Part shown: positions 56,251 through 64,000 of the stretch, one piece after another
Numbering within the stretch: position 1 is the first letter of the stretch
Layout of the letters: each line of letters starts with the position of its first letter
Assembly (NCBI GenBank): GCA_041749855.1
Contig: JBGTAN010000034.1
Coordinates: forward strand, 5,457-69,456
DNA length: 64,000 nucleotides
Direction of reading: 5' to 3'
From: Bdellovibrionota bacterium
Lineage (GTDB): Bacteria; Bdellovibrionota; FAC87; UBA2466
Position numbers and translations under genes: made by a program
The notes under the pieces: model-generated
What the model was told of the DNA's origin: nothing
Database searches by the model: none
What the model saw: only the letters and a program-made list of their open reading frames with translations

Positions 56251-56607
56251 ATGAACACGGCCAACATCCGTAAAGTCGACAAACCCTGGGGCTATGAGCT
56301 TATTTGGGCGGAAACCCAAGACTACGTCGCAAAAATGCTCTTCGTTCGCGCCGGTGAATCCCTTAGTCTTCAGTACCATCAGGTAAAGGAAGAAACGCTT
56401 TTTCTTGAATCCGGTGAGTGCAATCTCAGCGCGGGAAAGCACGAGTCGGCTATGGAGCGCGTCCACTTCACCAAGGGAACGTCTTTCCACATCCCCCCGG
56501 GTCTACGGCATAAAATTTCCGCGCTCTCCGATTGCCGCATCTTTGAAGTGTCTACCCCTCACCTGACTGACGTGGTACGTCTCGAAGACCGTTATGGCCG
56601 CAAGTAA
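56251..56607 (+). CDS. cupin-fold protein (mannose-6-phosphate isomerase type II C-terminal-domain-like)
   Basis: DKPWGYELIW...LSLQYHQVKEETLFLESGE is a cupin/PMI-like motif. It overlaps the manC start. Confidence 0.55.
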   Translation: MNTANIRKVDKPWGYELIWAETQDYVAKMLFVRAGESLSLQYHQVKEETLFLESGECNLSAGKHESAMERVHFTKGTSFHIPPGLRHKISALSDCRIFEVSTPHLTDVVRLEDRYGRK

Positions 56608-57619
56608 ATGTTCCATTATTCTGGCTGGCGGATCGGGTACCCGATTCTGGCCGCTGTCTCGCGCAGGGCAACCCAAACAGTATCTAACGCTGTTCGGAGA
56701 TCGATCCCTCATCCAACACACATGGGATAGGGTTCTCACTCTCACGGACCCAACGGACACCTATATTTGCTCGGCTGCCTCTCACGTCAGTCGCATCAAA
56801 CAGCAACTTCCCAATGCGGGATTGATGCTCGAACCTGAGCCACGCAACACGGGTCCCGCTGTCTTGTTTGCGATGCTCTCGCTGCTTGCGAAAGGCTACT
56901 CTCGAGATGCTGTTGTGGGAGTTTTCCCGGCCGACCATTTCATCACGGCCACAGAAGGCTTTACCCTGATTCTGGAAGAAGCGTTCGCCGTTGCGACAGC
57001 GTCCAAAGGCCTTGTCACCTTGGGTATCGTGCCCACTTCCCCGCACACCGGATACGGCTACATTGAAAAGGGACCTGCTTTTGACAGAGGAGCGTTTCGA
57101 GTCGCGCGTTTCGTCGAAAAACCCAGCGCAGCCACGGCCGTTTCTTTTTTGGGAACGGGTCGTTTCTTTTGGAATAGCGGGATTTTCGTTTGGACGCTCG
57201 GCGCCATATTGAACGCGTACGAGACCCACGCCCCGGAAGCCTTTCGATTGGCCAAAGAAACGAAGGATTGGGATGCAGTGTATCCCTCCCTACCAAGGGA
57301 ACCGGTCGACAAAATGATCTTGGAGAAAGCCGAAGACGTATTTGTCGTTCCGGCCAACATGGGTTGGAGCGACGTGGGGAGCTGGAATGCCCTTTACGCG
57401 TTAAAAGCAGAGTCACCGGCCTCCAATGTGGTTGAAGCGCAAGCCTCTGCCGTTCTGAGTTCCACTAGCTGTCTCGTACATGCCCCTGGAAAAACGGTCT
57501 CCGTCATTGGCCTCGACAATGTCATCGTTGTAGCAGACGGAGACGCCATTTTGGTTTGCTCCCGTTCGAACGATCAACAAGTACGCGAAGCAGCGAACCT
57601 TCTGGATACCCCCTCTTAG
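56594..57619 (+). CDS. manC: mannose-1-phosphate guanylyltransferase (GDP-mannose pyrophosphorylase)
   Basis: N-terminal IILAGGSGTRFWPLSR nucleotidyltransferase motif. 341 aa. Confidence 0.8.
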   Translation: MAASKCSIILAGGSGTRFWPLSRAGQPKQYLTLFGDRSLIQHTWDRVLTLTDPTDTYICSAASHVSRIKQQLPNAGLMLEPEPRNTGPAVLFAMLSLLAKGYSRDAVVGVFPADHFITATEGFTLILEEAFAVATASKGLVTLGIVPTSPHTGYGYIEKGPAFDRGAFRVARFVEKPSAATAVSFLGTGRFFWNSGIFVWTLGAILNAYETHAPEAFRLAKETKDWDAVYPSLPREPVDKMILEKAEDVFVVPANMGWSDVGSWNALYALKAESPASNVVEAQASAVLSSTSCLVHAPGKTVSVIGLDNVIVVADGDAILVCSRSNDQQVREAANLLDTPS

Positions 57620-57646
57620 ATTTGCCGTTTTCCTTTCTACCAAGCT

Positions 57647-58120
57647 ATGATTTCCACCATGGCTGTCCGCGTTGAAGTTCCCTACGAAAAGGCGATCCTT
57701 TGTAAGCACCCCCTAAAGGAAACCTTCGACTATTTCGCCAATGTGGAGAAGTCGGTGCCCGCCAACTTCCCCGGCGTAGAAGCGTTCGAATCGTTGGGCA
57801 AGGATACCTATCGCTGGGTTTTCGAATCGGTTGGATACAAGGGTTATGAACTCCAGATCAAATTAGTCACACGCTTCACCAAGACACCTGACGAATCCAT
57901 TGAGGTAACCCCTGTGTCAGAACCGGGGACCTCTCTTTTCACAGGGTCTTGGAGGTTCACGCCCGAGGGAGCGAACACTCGCATGACCTTCAAAGCAAAG
58001 TTTGAAATTGAATTGCCCGTTCCCGGTTTTCTCAAAGCCGTGGCCGCGCCGCTCGCTCAAAGTGAGCTCACAAAACTCTTCGACAGGTACATCGCGCGTG
58101 TTGAAAAAAATTTCGGATAA
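57647..58120 (+). CDS. SRPBCC (polyketide cyclase/START-like) family protein
   Basis: 157 aa. Resemblance to the SRPBCC fold family by composition only. Confidence 0.4.
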   Translation: MISTMAVRVEVPYEKAILCKHPLKETFDYFANVEKSVPANFPGVEAFESLGKDTYRWVFESVGYKGYELQIKLVTRFTKTPDESIEVTPVSEPGTSLFTGSWRFTPEGANTRMTFKAKFEIELPVPGFLKAVAAPLAQSELTKLFDRYIARVEKNFG

Positions 58121-59672
58121 CGCCCTGGCTCTGGCTTTTCTGGCGGGCCTGGCTTGCGTGCTTGCCTTCCCCCCGATTCGCATTACCAGTGCGCTGGTCT
58201 TTAGCCCCTTTCTGCTGATGCTTGCCGTGGACCGTTCCCGCTCAATCAAAGAAGCCGCTTTTGCAGGGTTTATTACTTCCCTAGTTATCATGGCAGGCGG
58301 ATTCTATTGGGTCGTCTACGTGCTGCACATTTTCGGGCATCTACCTTGGATAGTCGCTGCCTTGCTCTATCTCGTGTTTAGCGGCTTCGGCGCGCTTAAC
58401 TTTCCTCTATTCTCGGCAGGTTTGTACGTTGCGCATCGACGTCATCCAAGCCTACGAGACTCTGCATGGTGGTGGGTACTTGGGGTGCCGGCACTTTTTA
58501 CACTGCTCGAATACCTCATTCCAAAATTGTTTCCCTGGTACGTGGGACATGCTTTCTTCGAAACGCATTGGATTACGCAAGCTATTGAGTTCACCGGAAG
58601 CTCGTTTCTAACGTTTCTCATTTTCACGTGGGGCGGTTTGGGCGCCTACCTCTTCCACCAAAGAAAGACGGGGACCCCGGCCCTTGTCGGACCCGTGGTC
58701 TTTGCACCGCTGCTTACCCTCGCAGTCGTCAGCTTTAGTCTCTACCGCTTGTCCGTGCCGCTACCCGAAGGGCCCGTAAAAAATATCGCATTCATTCAGG
58801 CCAATATCGGATCGCTCGAAAAAATGAACGCCCGGAAAGGCATTTCAAACAAAGTCCAGTACACCATGGACAAGCATCGCCTGCTGACACAAACCGCGTT
58901 GAATGCCTCGCCCAAACCCGATCTGATCCTCTGGCCAGAAACTGCCATGCCCTTTTCACTCCACTCCGATATGGGTTGGGGAGGCTCCGTGCGCCGCTGG
59001 GTTCAAGAATGGAAAGTCCCGCTCATTTCCGGAGGCTATGCGCCCTCCCTGGGTCAACCAGGCCGAGACTATAATGCCGCTTTTTTGCTAGAACCTCGAA
59101 CGGACACATCGCTCGGCACTACGATTTACAACAAGAATATCCTGCTCGCTTTTGGGGAGTACTTTCCAGGGGGCGAGCTCTTTCCGAAGATCTATGACTA
59201 CTTGCCACAAGTATCGAATTTTAATCGTGGGACCGAACAGAACCTCTTCACTTTGGAGGATGGCACTCGGATTGGAGTCACCATCTGCTACGAAGACATT
59301 GTCCCTGCCTTTTTTCGAAGGGTCGCGGCCCAGGGCGCTCACCTGATCGTCAATCTCACCAACGACTCCTGGTTCGGGCCTACTTCGGAACCTTACCAGC
59401 ACGCAGCCCTTTCTGTTTTTAGAGCCATTGAAACGCGCACCCCCATGGCAAGGGTTACCAACACCGGGATTTCATTTGCGGTGGACCGCTACGGTCGCAT
59501 GAGTAAACGCACAGGCGTTTACAAAGAAGCCTGGCTCACGATTCCTGTAACCCTTTCCCCCGAGCCAGCAACGACTTTGTATGTCCGGTTTGGAGAATGG
59601 TTCCTAGGGCTTTTGCTCCTGGTGCTTCTATCCTTCTTCGTGAGGGCCAAGTATGTACCCTTACCTGCTTGA
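58098..59672 (+). CDS. lnt: apolipoprotein N-acyltransferase
   Basis: Multi-TM N-terminus followed by a CN-hydrolase domain (ICYEDIVP, W.PETA). The start is uncertain: GTG at 58098, TTG at 58101, and the ORF is open from 58002. Confidence 0.75.
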   Translation: MLKKISDNALALAFLAGLACVLAFPPIRITSALVFSPFLLMLAVDRSRSIKEAAFAGFITSLVIMAGGFYWVVYVLHIFGHLPWIVAALLYLVFSGFGALNFPLFSAGLYVAHRRHPSLRDSAWWWVLGVPALFTLLEYLIPKLFPWYVGHAFFETHWITQAIEFTGSSFLTFLIFTWGGLGAYLFHQRKTGTPALVGPVVFAPLLTLAVVSFSLYRLSVPLPEGPVKNIAFIQANIGSLEKMNARKGISNKVQYTMDKHRLLTQTALNASPKPDLILWPETAMPFSLHSDMGWGGSVRRWVQEWKVPLISGGYAPSLGQPGRDYNAAFLLEPRTDTSLGTTIYNKNILLAFGEYFPGGELFPKIYDYLPQVSNFNRGTEQNLFTLEDGTRIGVTICYEDIVPAFFRRVAAQGAHLIVNLTNDSWFGPTSEPYQHAALSVFRAIETRTPMARVTNTGISFAVDRYGRMSKRTGVYKEAWLTIPVTLSPEPATTLYVRFGEWFLGLLLLVLLSFFVRAKYVPLPA

Positions 59673-60435
59673 GAGCCTCCTCGGCGAATCGGTCATCATT
59701 CCTACCTACGGCCTTGCTTTGGCGTTAGCGTTTACGCTTGGGTACCTGGAAGCAATCCGTAGGAGCTTCAAGCAAGGGGTGGACCCCAAGCACATGGAAC
59801 GGCTTTTTCTCATTGTTATCGTCGGCAGCCTATTTGGTGCTCGCCTGTTTCATGCCGCGTTCGAGGAATTTGCTTACTATCGGGACAATCCCGCTCGCCT
59901 GATTGCAGTATGGGAGGGCGGCTTCACTTTTTACGGTGGGCTCTTTGTTAGCATGGGGCTCGTTTTTGGTTACACGCGCTGGAAGCGCCTTTCATTCAAA
60001 GCCATCCTCGATATTTTAACGCCCTCCGTTTTACTGGGACTCAGCATTGGTCGGATCGGTTGTTTCCTTGCAGGCTGCTGCTGGGGTACCACCACCGCAA
60101 TGCCATGGGGCGTGGAGTATTGGCACCGCCATACCCTTTCAGCGATTAAGTATGTTCCGGTGCACCCTGTGCAACTGTACGAATCCGTAGGCTGTCTCCT
60201 CCTATTTATACTGACGCTTCGGGTGTTTCGAACGAAGCCCGCCGAGGGAAGCATCTTTTTCTTAGGGCTGGGGGGATATGCTTGCTTGCGGTTTGTCGTC
60301 GAATTCTTCCGAGGCGATGAGTACCGAGGTTTTGTTTTGAATGGCTCACTGAGCTTTGCTCAGTTCTTGTCGCTTGCGATTCTCTTGTTGCTTGGCTTGG
60401 ATTTAGCGCAACGCCGCCGACAAAGCGCTTTCTAA
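59653..60435 (+). CDS. lgt: prolipoprotein diacylglyceryl transferase
   Basis: Lgt signature IGRIGCFLAGCCWG. 260 aa. It overlaps the lnt end by 20 nt. Confidence 0.8.
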   Translation: MYPYLLESLLGESVIIPTYGLALALAFTLGYLEAIRRSFKQGVDPKHMERLFLIVIVGSLFGARLFHAAFEEFAYYRDNPARLIAVWEGGFTFYGGLFVSMGLVFGYTRWKRLSFKAILDILTPSVLLGLSIGRIGCFLAGCCWGTTTAMPWGVEYWHRHTLSAIKYVPVHPVQLYESVGCLLLFILTLRVFRTKPAEGSIFFLGLGGYACLRFVVEFFRGDEYRGFVLNGSLSFAQFLSLAILLLLGLDLAQRRRQSAF

Positions 60436-61569
60436 GTCTTTTCGCAAGTCATCCACATGTTCGATTCCAACGGAGAGCCGGATCATGCTGTCATTGATTC
60501 CAAGGGATTTACGCGTTTCGGCGGGTAAGGAAGCATGGGTCATAATGGCTGGGTGCTCTACGAGCGATTCCACACCCCCCAGGCTTTCCGCTAGCGCAAA
60601 AACCTGAACCGTTTCTAAGAATCGCCTGGCCTCGTTGATTCCACCCTTCATGAAGAAGGTAATCATTCCGCCAAAGCCCTTCATCTGCCTTTTGGCCACG
60701 TCGCTCTGCGGATGGGAAGGCAAGCCAGGATAAATGACTTTCTCCACCGCAGGGTGCTTCTCCAGCCAAGCAGCAATCTGTCGCCCATTCTCGTCGTGCC
60801 GCTGCATCCGCACTGCTAGCGTTTTGATTCCACGAAGCACCATCCAAGAATCAAACGCCCCAGCAATTGCGCCCGTGGAATTCTGAAGATGGTGGATGCG
60901 ATCTTTAAGTTCTCGGCTCCCGACCACGATAGCGCCGCCAACCGTATCGCTGTGCCCGTTGATGTACTTGCTGGTGGAATGAAGAACGATGTCCGCTCCC
61001 AGTTCCAAAGGCCGTTGAAAAATCGGTGTCGCAAAAGTGTTATCTACCACCACGAGGGGCTTTGGATTCTGCTTTGCCGCCCACTCCGTGACCTTGCGAA
61101 TATCAATCACCTTAAGCAAGGGATTCGTCGGAGTTTCAATCCAAATCATTCGGGTGTTGGGCTTTGCAAATTCAGAGACTGGCTTGTTCGTTAAGTCAGC
61201 AAAGGTGACTTCCATTCCATGGCGCGCCCAGACGGTCCGCAACAGTCGGCTACTTCCGCCGTAGACATCATCGACACAAAGGACGTGATCTCCTGCATTG
61301 AGTAAGTGCAAGAGGATATCGCTCGCTGCGCACCCGCTCGCGCAGGCAAACCCGTACCCACCGCCTTCAAGTGCCGCAAGGCTAGACTCAAGTGCCGCCC
61401 GCGTCGGATTCTGCGTGCGGGAATATTCGTACCCCTGGTGCACTCCGGGCGAGGTTTGAACGTAGGTGCTCGTCAAATACACGGGCGTCATAATCGCACC
61501 CGTCGAGGGATCGGGCTTTACGCCCGCATGGACTGCTACGGTCTCTAAATGCTTGGATAAGTCGCTCAT
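60403..61569 (-). CDS. cystathionine gamma-lyase / gamma-synthase family PLP enzyme
   Basis: Cys/Met-metabolism PLP-dependent family pattern, with the lysine motif region STSKYINGHSD. Confidence 0.8.
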   Translation of the reverse strand: MSDLSKHLETVAVHAGVKPDPSTGAIMTPVYLTSTYVQTSPGVHQGYEYSRTQNPTRAALESSLAALEGGGYGFACASGCAASDILLHLLNAGDHVLCVDDVYGGSSRLLRTVWARHGMEVTFADLTNKPVSEFAKPNTRMIWIETPTNPLLKVIDIRKVTEWAAKQNPKPLVVVDNTFATPIFQRPLELGADIVLHSTSKYINGHSDTVGGAIVVGSRELKDRIHHLQNSTGAIAGAFDSWMVLRGIKTLAVRMQRHDENGRQIAAWLEKHPAVEKVIYPGLPSHPQSDVAKRQMKGFGGMITFFMKGGINEARRFLETVQVFALAESLGGVESLVEHPAIMTHASLPAETRKSLGINDSMIRLSVGIEHVDDLRKDLESALSAALR

Positions 61570-62963
61570 CGATTGCCCGCCCGAAGACTTAAGAAACTAA
61601 TCAAATCGATTTTTGTTAGCACGTGCGTGGTGTGGCCGTTCTCTTCCAAAAGCGCAATCTTGCCGGCGGTAAACACTTCCGTCAGGCGCTCGACTGGGTC
61701 TGTCAGACGCACTTGTTCGTAATTGTGCTCTACGAGTTTTTCGATCGGATCGCTATTTTTTGCCTGCCCCGAAAGCAAAGGTCGCAGCAGATCGGTTTCC
61801 GTGATGACACCTATCACCGAAGCCCCTCGGCGTACCGGAAGCTGCGAAACCCCTCCGTCTCGCATCTTGGCGACGACCGTATCCACGCGATCCGTGCTCT
61901 CCGCGTAGAACACTTCTGCCTTCTTGTTCAAGCCACGAATCAAATCACCGATGTTCGTTTCGATGGGGCGATCCATGAACGAGTTTTCAATCATCCAGGC
62001 ATCGTTAAAAACTTTGCTGAGATAGCGATTTCCGGAATCCGGAACAATCACGATCACTTTCCCGGGGTTGGGAGTTTCCGCCATGTAGCGAAGCGCGCCC
62101 ACGACCGCCGCCCCCGAAGACATTCCGCAGAACATGCCTTCTTTAGTCAGAAGCGTTCGAGTCATCATGAGAGACTCTTTATCTTCAATACGCACGATGT
62201 GATCGATCACTGAAAAATCTAAATTGTTCGGAACAATGTCCTCGCCGATACCTTCCACTTTGTAGGTGTGGGATTCGGTCATTTTGCCGGTTTCGAATAG
62301 ATCTTTAAGAATGGAGCCCTTGGGATCCACTCCCACGATTTTTATCTTTGGATTTTTCTCTTTTAGATATTTGCCTAGTCCCGTGATGGTTCCGCAAGTT
62401 CCCATGCCGCAAACCAAAGCATCAAACTTCCCACCCGTCTGTTCCCAAATCTCAGGTCCCGTCGTGTGGTAGTGTGTGTCTCGATTGTCCGTGTTGTGAT
62501 ACTGGCCGACGTAATACGAACCAGGAGTTTCGTTCGCCAGCCGCTCGCCTGTTTTGTAGTGCGACTGAGGAGACTCCGGAGGCGCGCCCGTTGGGGTAAT
62601 CACCACCCGCGCACCAAAGGCGCGCAGGTTCTGGCGTTTTTCTTCACTCATTTTGTCGGGCATCACAAAGATAGACTGGTACCCGCGCACTGCGGCCGTG
62701 ATGGCGAGCCCCATTCCCGTATTGCCCGAAGTCGATTCAACGATCGTCCCGCCGGGTTGAATGAGACCTTTTGCTTCCGCACGGTCGATCATGAACCGAC
62801 CAATCCGGTCTTTGATCGATCCGCCCGGATTCATGAATTCGCATTTTGCGTAAAGCTCGCCCGCAATGCCGCGCGTTACTTTATTCAAACGAACGAGAGG
62901 TGTGTTCCCAATCGCTTCCAAAATGTCTTTTTTAAACTGGCTTTGCGATGGATCCATTCCCAC
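61566..62963 (-). CDS. cystathionine beta-synthase (PLP domain plus C-terminal CBS pair)
   Basis: CysK/CBS fold (GGSIKDRIG, STSGNTGMGLA) followed by tandem CBS motifs. It overlaps the downstream CGL gene by 4 nt. Confidence 0.8.
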   Translation of the reverse strand: MGMDPSQSQFKKDILEAIGNTPLVRLNKVTRGIAGELYAKCEFMNPGGSIKDRIGRFMIDRAEAKGLIQPGGTIVESTSGNTGMGLAITAAVRGYQSIFVMPDKMSEEKRQNLRAFGARVVITPTGAPPESPQSHYKTGERLANETPGSYYVGQYHNTDNRDTHYHTTGPEIWEQTGGKFDALVCGMGTCGTITGLGKYLKEKNPKIKIVGVDPKGSILKDLFETGKMTESHTYKVEGIGEDIVPNNLDFSVIDHIVRIEDKESLMMTRTLLTKEGMFCGMSSGAAVVGALRYMAETPNPGKVIVIVPDSGNRYLSKVFNDAWMIENSFMDRPIETNIGDLIRGLNKKAEVFYAESTDRVDTVVAKMRDGGVSQLPVRRGASVIGVITETDLLRPLLSGQAKNSDPIEKLVEHNYEQVRLTDPVERLTEVFTAGKIALLEENGHTTHVLTKIDLISFLSLRAGNR

Positions 62964-63046
62964 TTAGGCCCCCGTGAATGTTAGGGAAAAGGTACGTGGG
63001 TTTGAGCGAGGGTGTCAACCCGAGGTACAATGGAACTCACCCGCCC

Positions 63047-63676
63047 ATGAAAGGCCTTATGAAGCACATCGCTCTGATGACTTTGACTTTAAGCGCCATC
63101 GCCCAATCTCACTTGATGCCGTTAGGGGATTCCACTGAATTTGAAATCGCCTGCGTACCTAGCGGCAGCCAAACTCAGCTTGTAAGACTCTCAGACGCCA
63201 AAGTGCTCGATACCCACGCAACCCTGGCCGACTGCGAAGAAGTCCGAAGCGCTGCCCATGGCGGTGTTGTCTGCGCCTTCTTCACGCCTTCCCGCCCCGT
63301 GGGGCCCGGTGCTTGGACGGAAACCGGATGGCGCGCGTTGGATATCGACTCAAACTTAGGCCTCGGCAGAAAGACCTATTCGAAATCAGATTGCCTGGAG
63401 ACGACCCGAGCCGCCAATGGCGGCGTTGTCTGCATCAACACAGGTTTAGGCGCGAAAGCCGCGAATACCCGCACTAACCAATGGTGCGGCGCTTCGTCTT
63501 CACTCAGCTTCTGTTTGGAAGCGACGCGCGCCGCTTTCAACGAGGTGGTTTGCTCTTTCCCTAGCTCCGGTACCGGTGCCGAACCCGGTTGGACCCGAAC
63601 TCGAGTGACCGACTCCTGCGAATACCAGGGCTCCCAACAGCTGCTCACAGACTGCAGCGCTTCCATCCCGCGCTAG
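63047..63676 (+). CDS. secreted protein with three ~55-aa repeats, each carrying a C..R.A..G.VVC motif
   Basis: Signal peptide. The repeats read [30 protein letters not shown] and [15 protein letters not shown]. Alternative starts exist at 62978 and 63059. Confidence 0.45.
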   Translation: MKGLMKHIALMTLTLSAIAQSHLMPLGDSTEFEIACVPSGSQTQLVRLSDAKVLDTHATLADCEEVRSAAHGGVVCAFFTPSRPVGPGAWTETGWRALDIDSNLGLGRKTYSKSDCLETTRAANGGVVCINTGLGAKAANTRTNQWCGASSSLSFCLEATRAAFNEVVCSFPSSGTGAEPGWTRTRVTDSCEYQGSQQLLTDCSASIPR

Positions 63677-63711
63677 GTTTTGCTATAGAAAGCCTCTACT
63701 TTGGAGCTTTC

Positions 63712-64000
63712 GTGCAAGACCTCGTACCTATCCGACATGCCCTTTTAAGTGTTTTCGATAAGACCGGGTTGGAACCTCTTGCGCGCGCACTGCACGCTCA
63801 CCAAGTGGTGCTTTACTCCACGGGTGGCACGTACAAATACCTAACGGAAACCCTGAAGCTGCCGGCTCGCAAAGTCGACTCACTCACGGACTTTCCGGAA
63901 ATGATGGATGGGCGAGTGAAAACGCTCCATCCGAAAGTTTTTGGCGGCATCCTGGCTCGACGAGACAACAACCAAGATCTCAAAGACGCAGAAAGCCAAG
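63712..64000 (+). CDS. purH: bifunctional AICAR transformylase / IMP cyclohydrolase; N-terminal MGS-like domain, 3' end outside the window
   Basis: GTG start with GGAG 5 nt upstream. [34 protein letters not shown] matches the PurH N-terminus. Confidence 0.75.
   Translation, partial: MQDLVPIRHALLSVFDKTGLEPLARALHAHQVVLYSTGGTYKYLTETLKLPARKVDSLTDFPEMMDGRVKTLHPKVFGGILARRDNNQDLKDAESQ

Noticed and set aside
1-64000. CRISPR array
   Set aside because: No series of regularly spaced short direct repeats was seen. The only notable repeats are the 150-bp pair at 50.2 and 53.2 kb and short palindromes.

Overview
This is a 64-kb chromosomal segment, probably from a Bdellovibrio-like predatory deltaproteobacterium. 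The taxonomic guess rests on a 911-aa delta-60-repeat beta-propeller protein and on the very high density of signal-peptide/lipoprotein genes. About 60% of the window is recognisable housekeeping or transport genes. These are an RND pump with a TolC-like channel, type II NADH dehydrogenase, an APC permease, a POT peptide permease, FKBP, GloB, MutY, NADP-malic enzyme MaeB, a hybrid sensor kinase, MalQ, a cupin plus ManC, Lnt and Lgt, the CBS and CGL transsulfuration enzymes, the start of PurH, and one tRNA-His. The remainder is accessory-looking, and four regions stand out. (1) A tightly coupled six-gene plus-strand operon at 5.1-12.4 kb opens with a MotA/MotB-type proton-channel stator pair. 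It continues with a lipoprotein, a polytopic sulfatase/LtaS/EptA-superfamily membrane protein, a GH92 alpha-mannosidase-like enzyme and a secreted/outer-membrane protein. This looks like an uncharacterised pmf-energised envelope module. (2) The tRNA-His region at 50.2-53.7 kb carries an orphan DUF2283-like gene, an AT-rich spacer and the delta-60 repeat gene. The delta-60 gene is bracketed by 147-150-bp direct repeats with a 73-bp perfect core, and the upstream copy is a truncated duplicate of the 3' end of the neighbouring gene. (3) A low-GC HNH-endonuclease gene at 12.5-13.5 kb is preceded by a near-perfect 21-bp palindrome. (4) A low-GC three-gene operon at 29.2-31.0 kb encodes a metallophosphoesterase followed by two translationally coupled secreted proteins of unknown function. 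There are also several clusters of cysteine-rich secreted proteins and a prepilin-like gene divergent from three unknown secreted proteins. No CRISPR array, integrase or transposase was seen.
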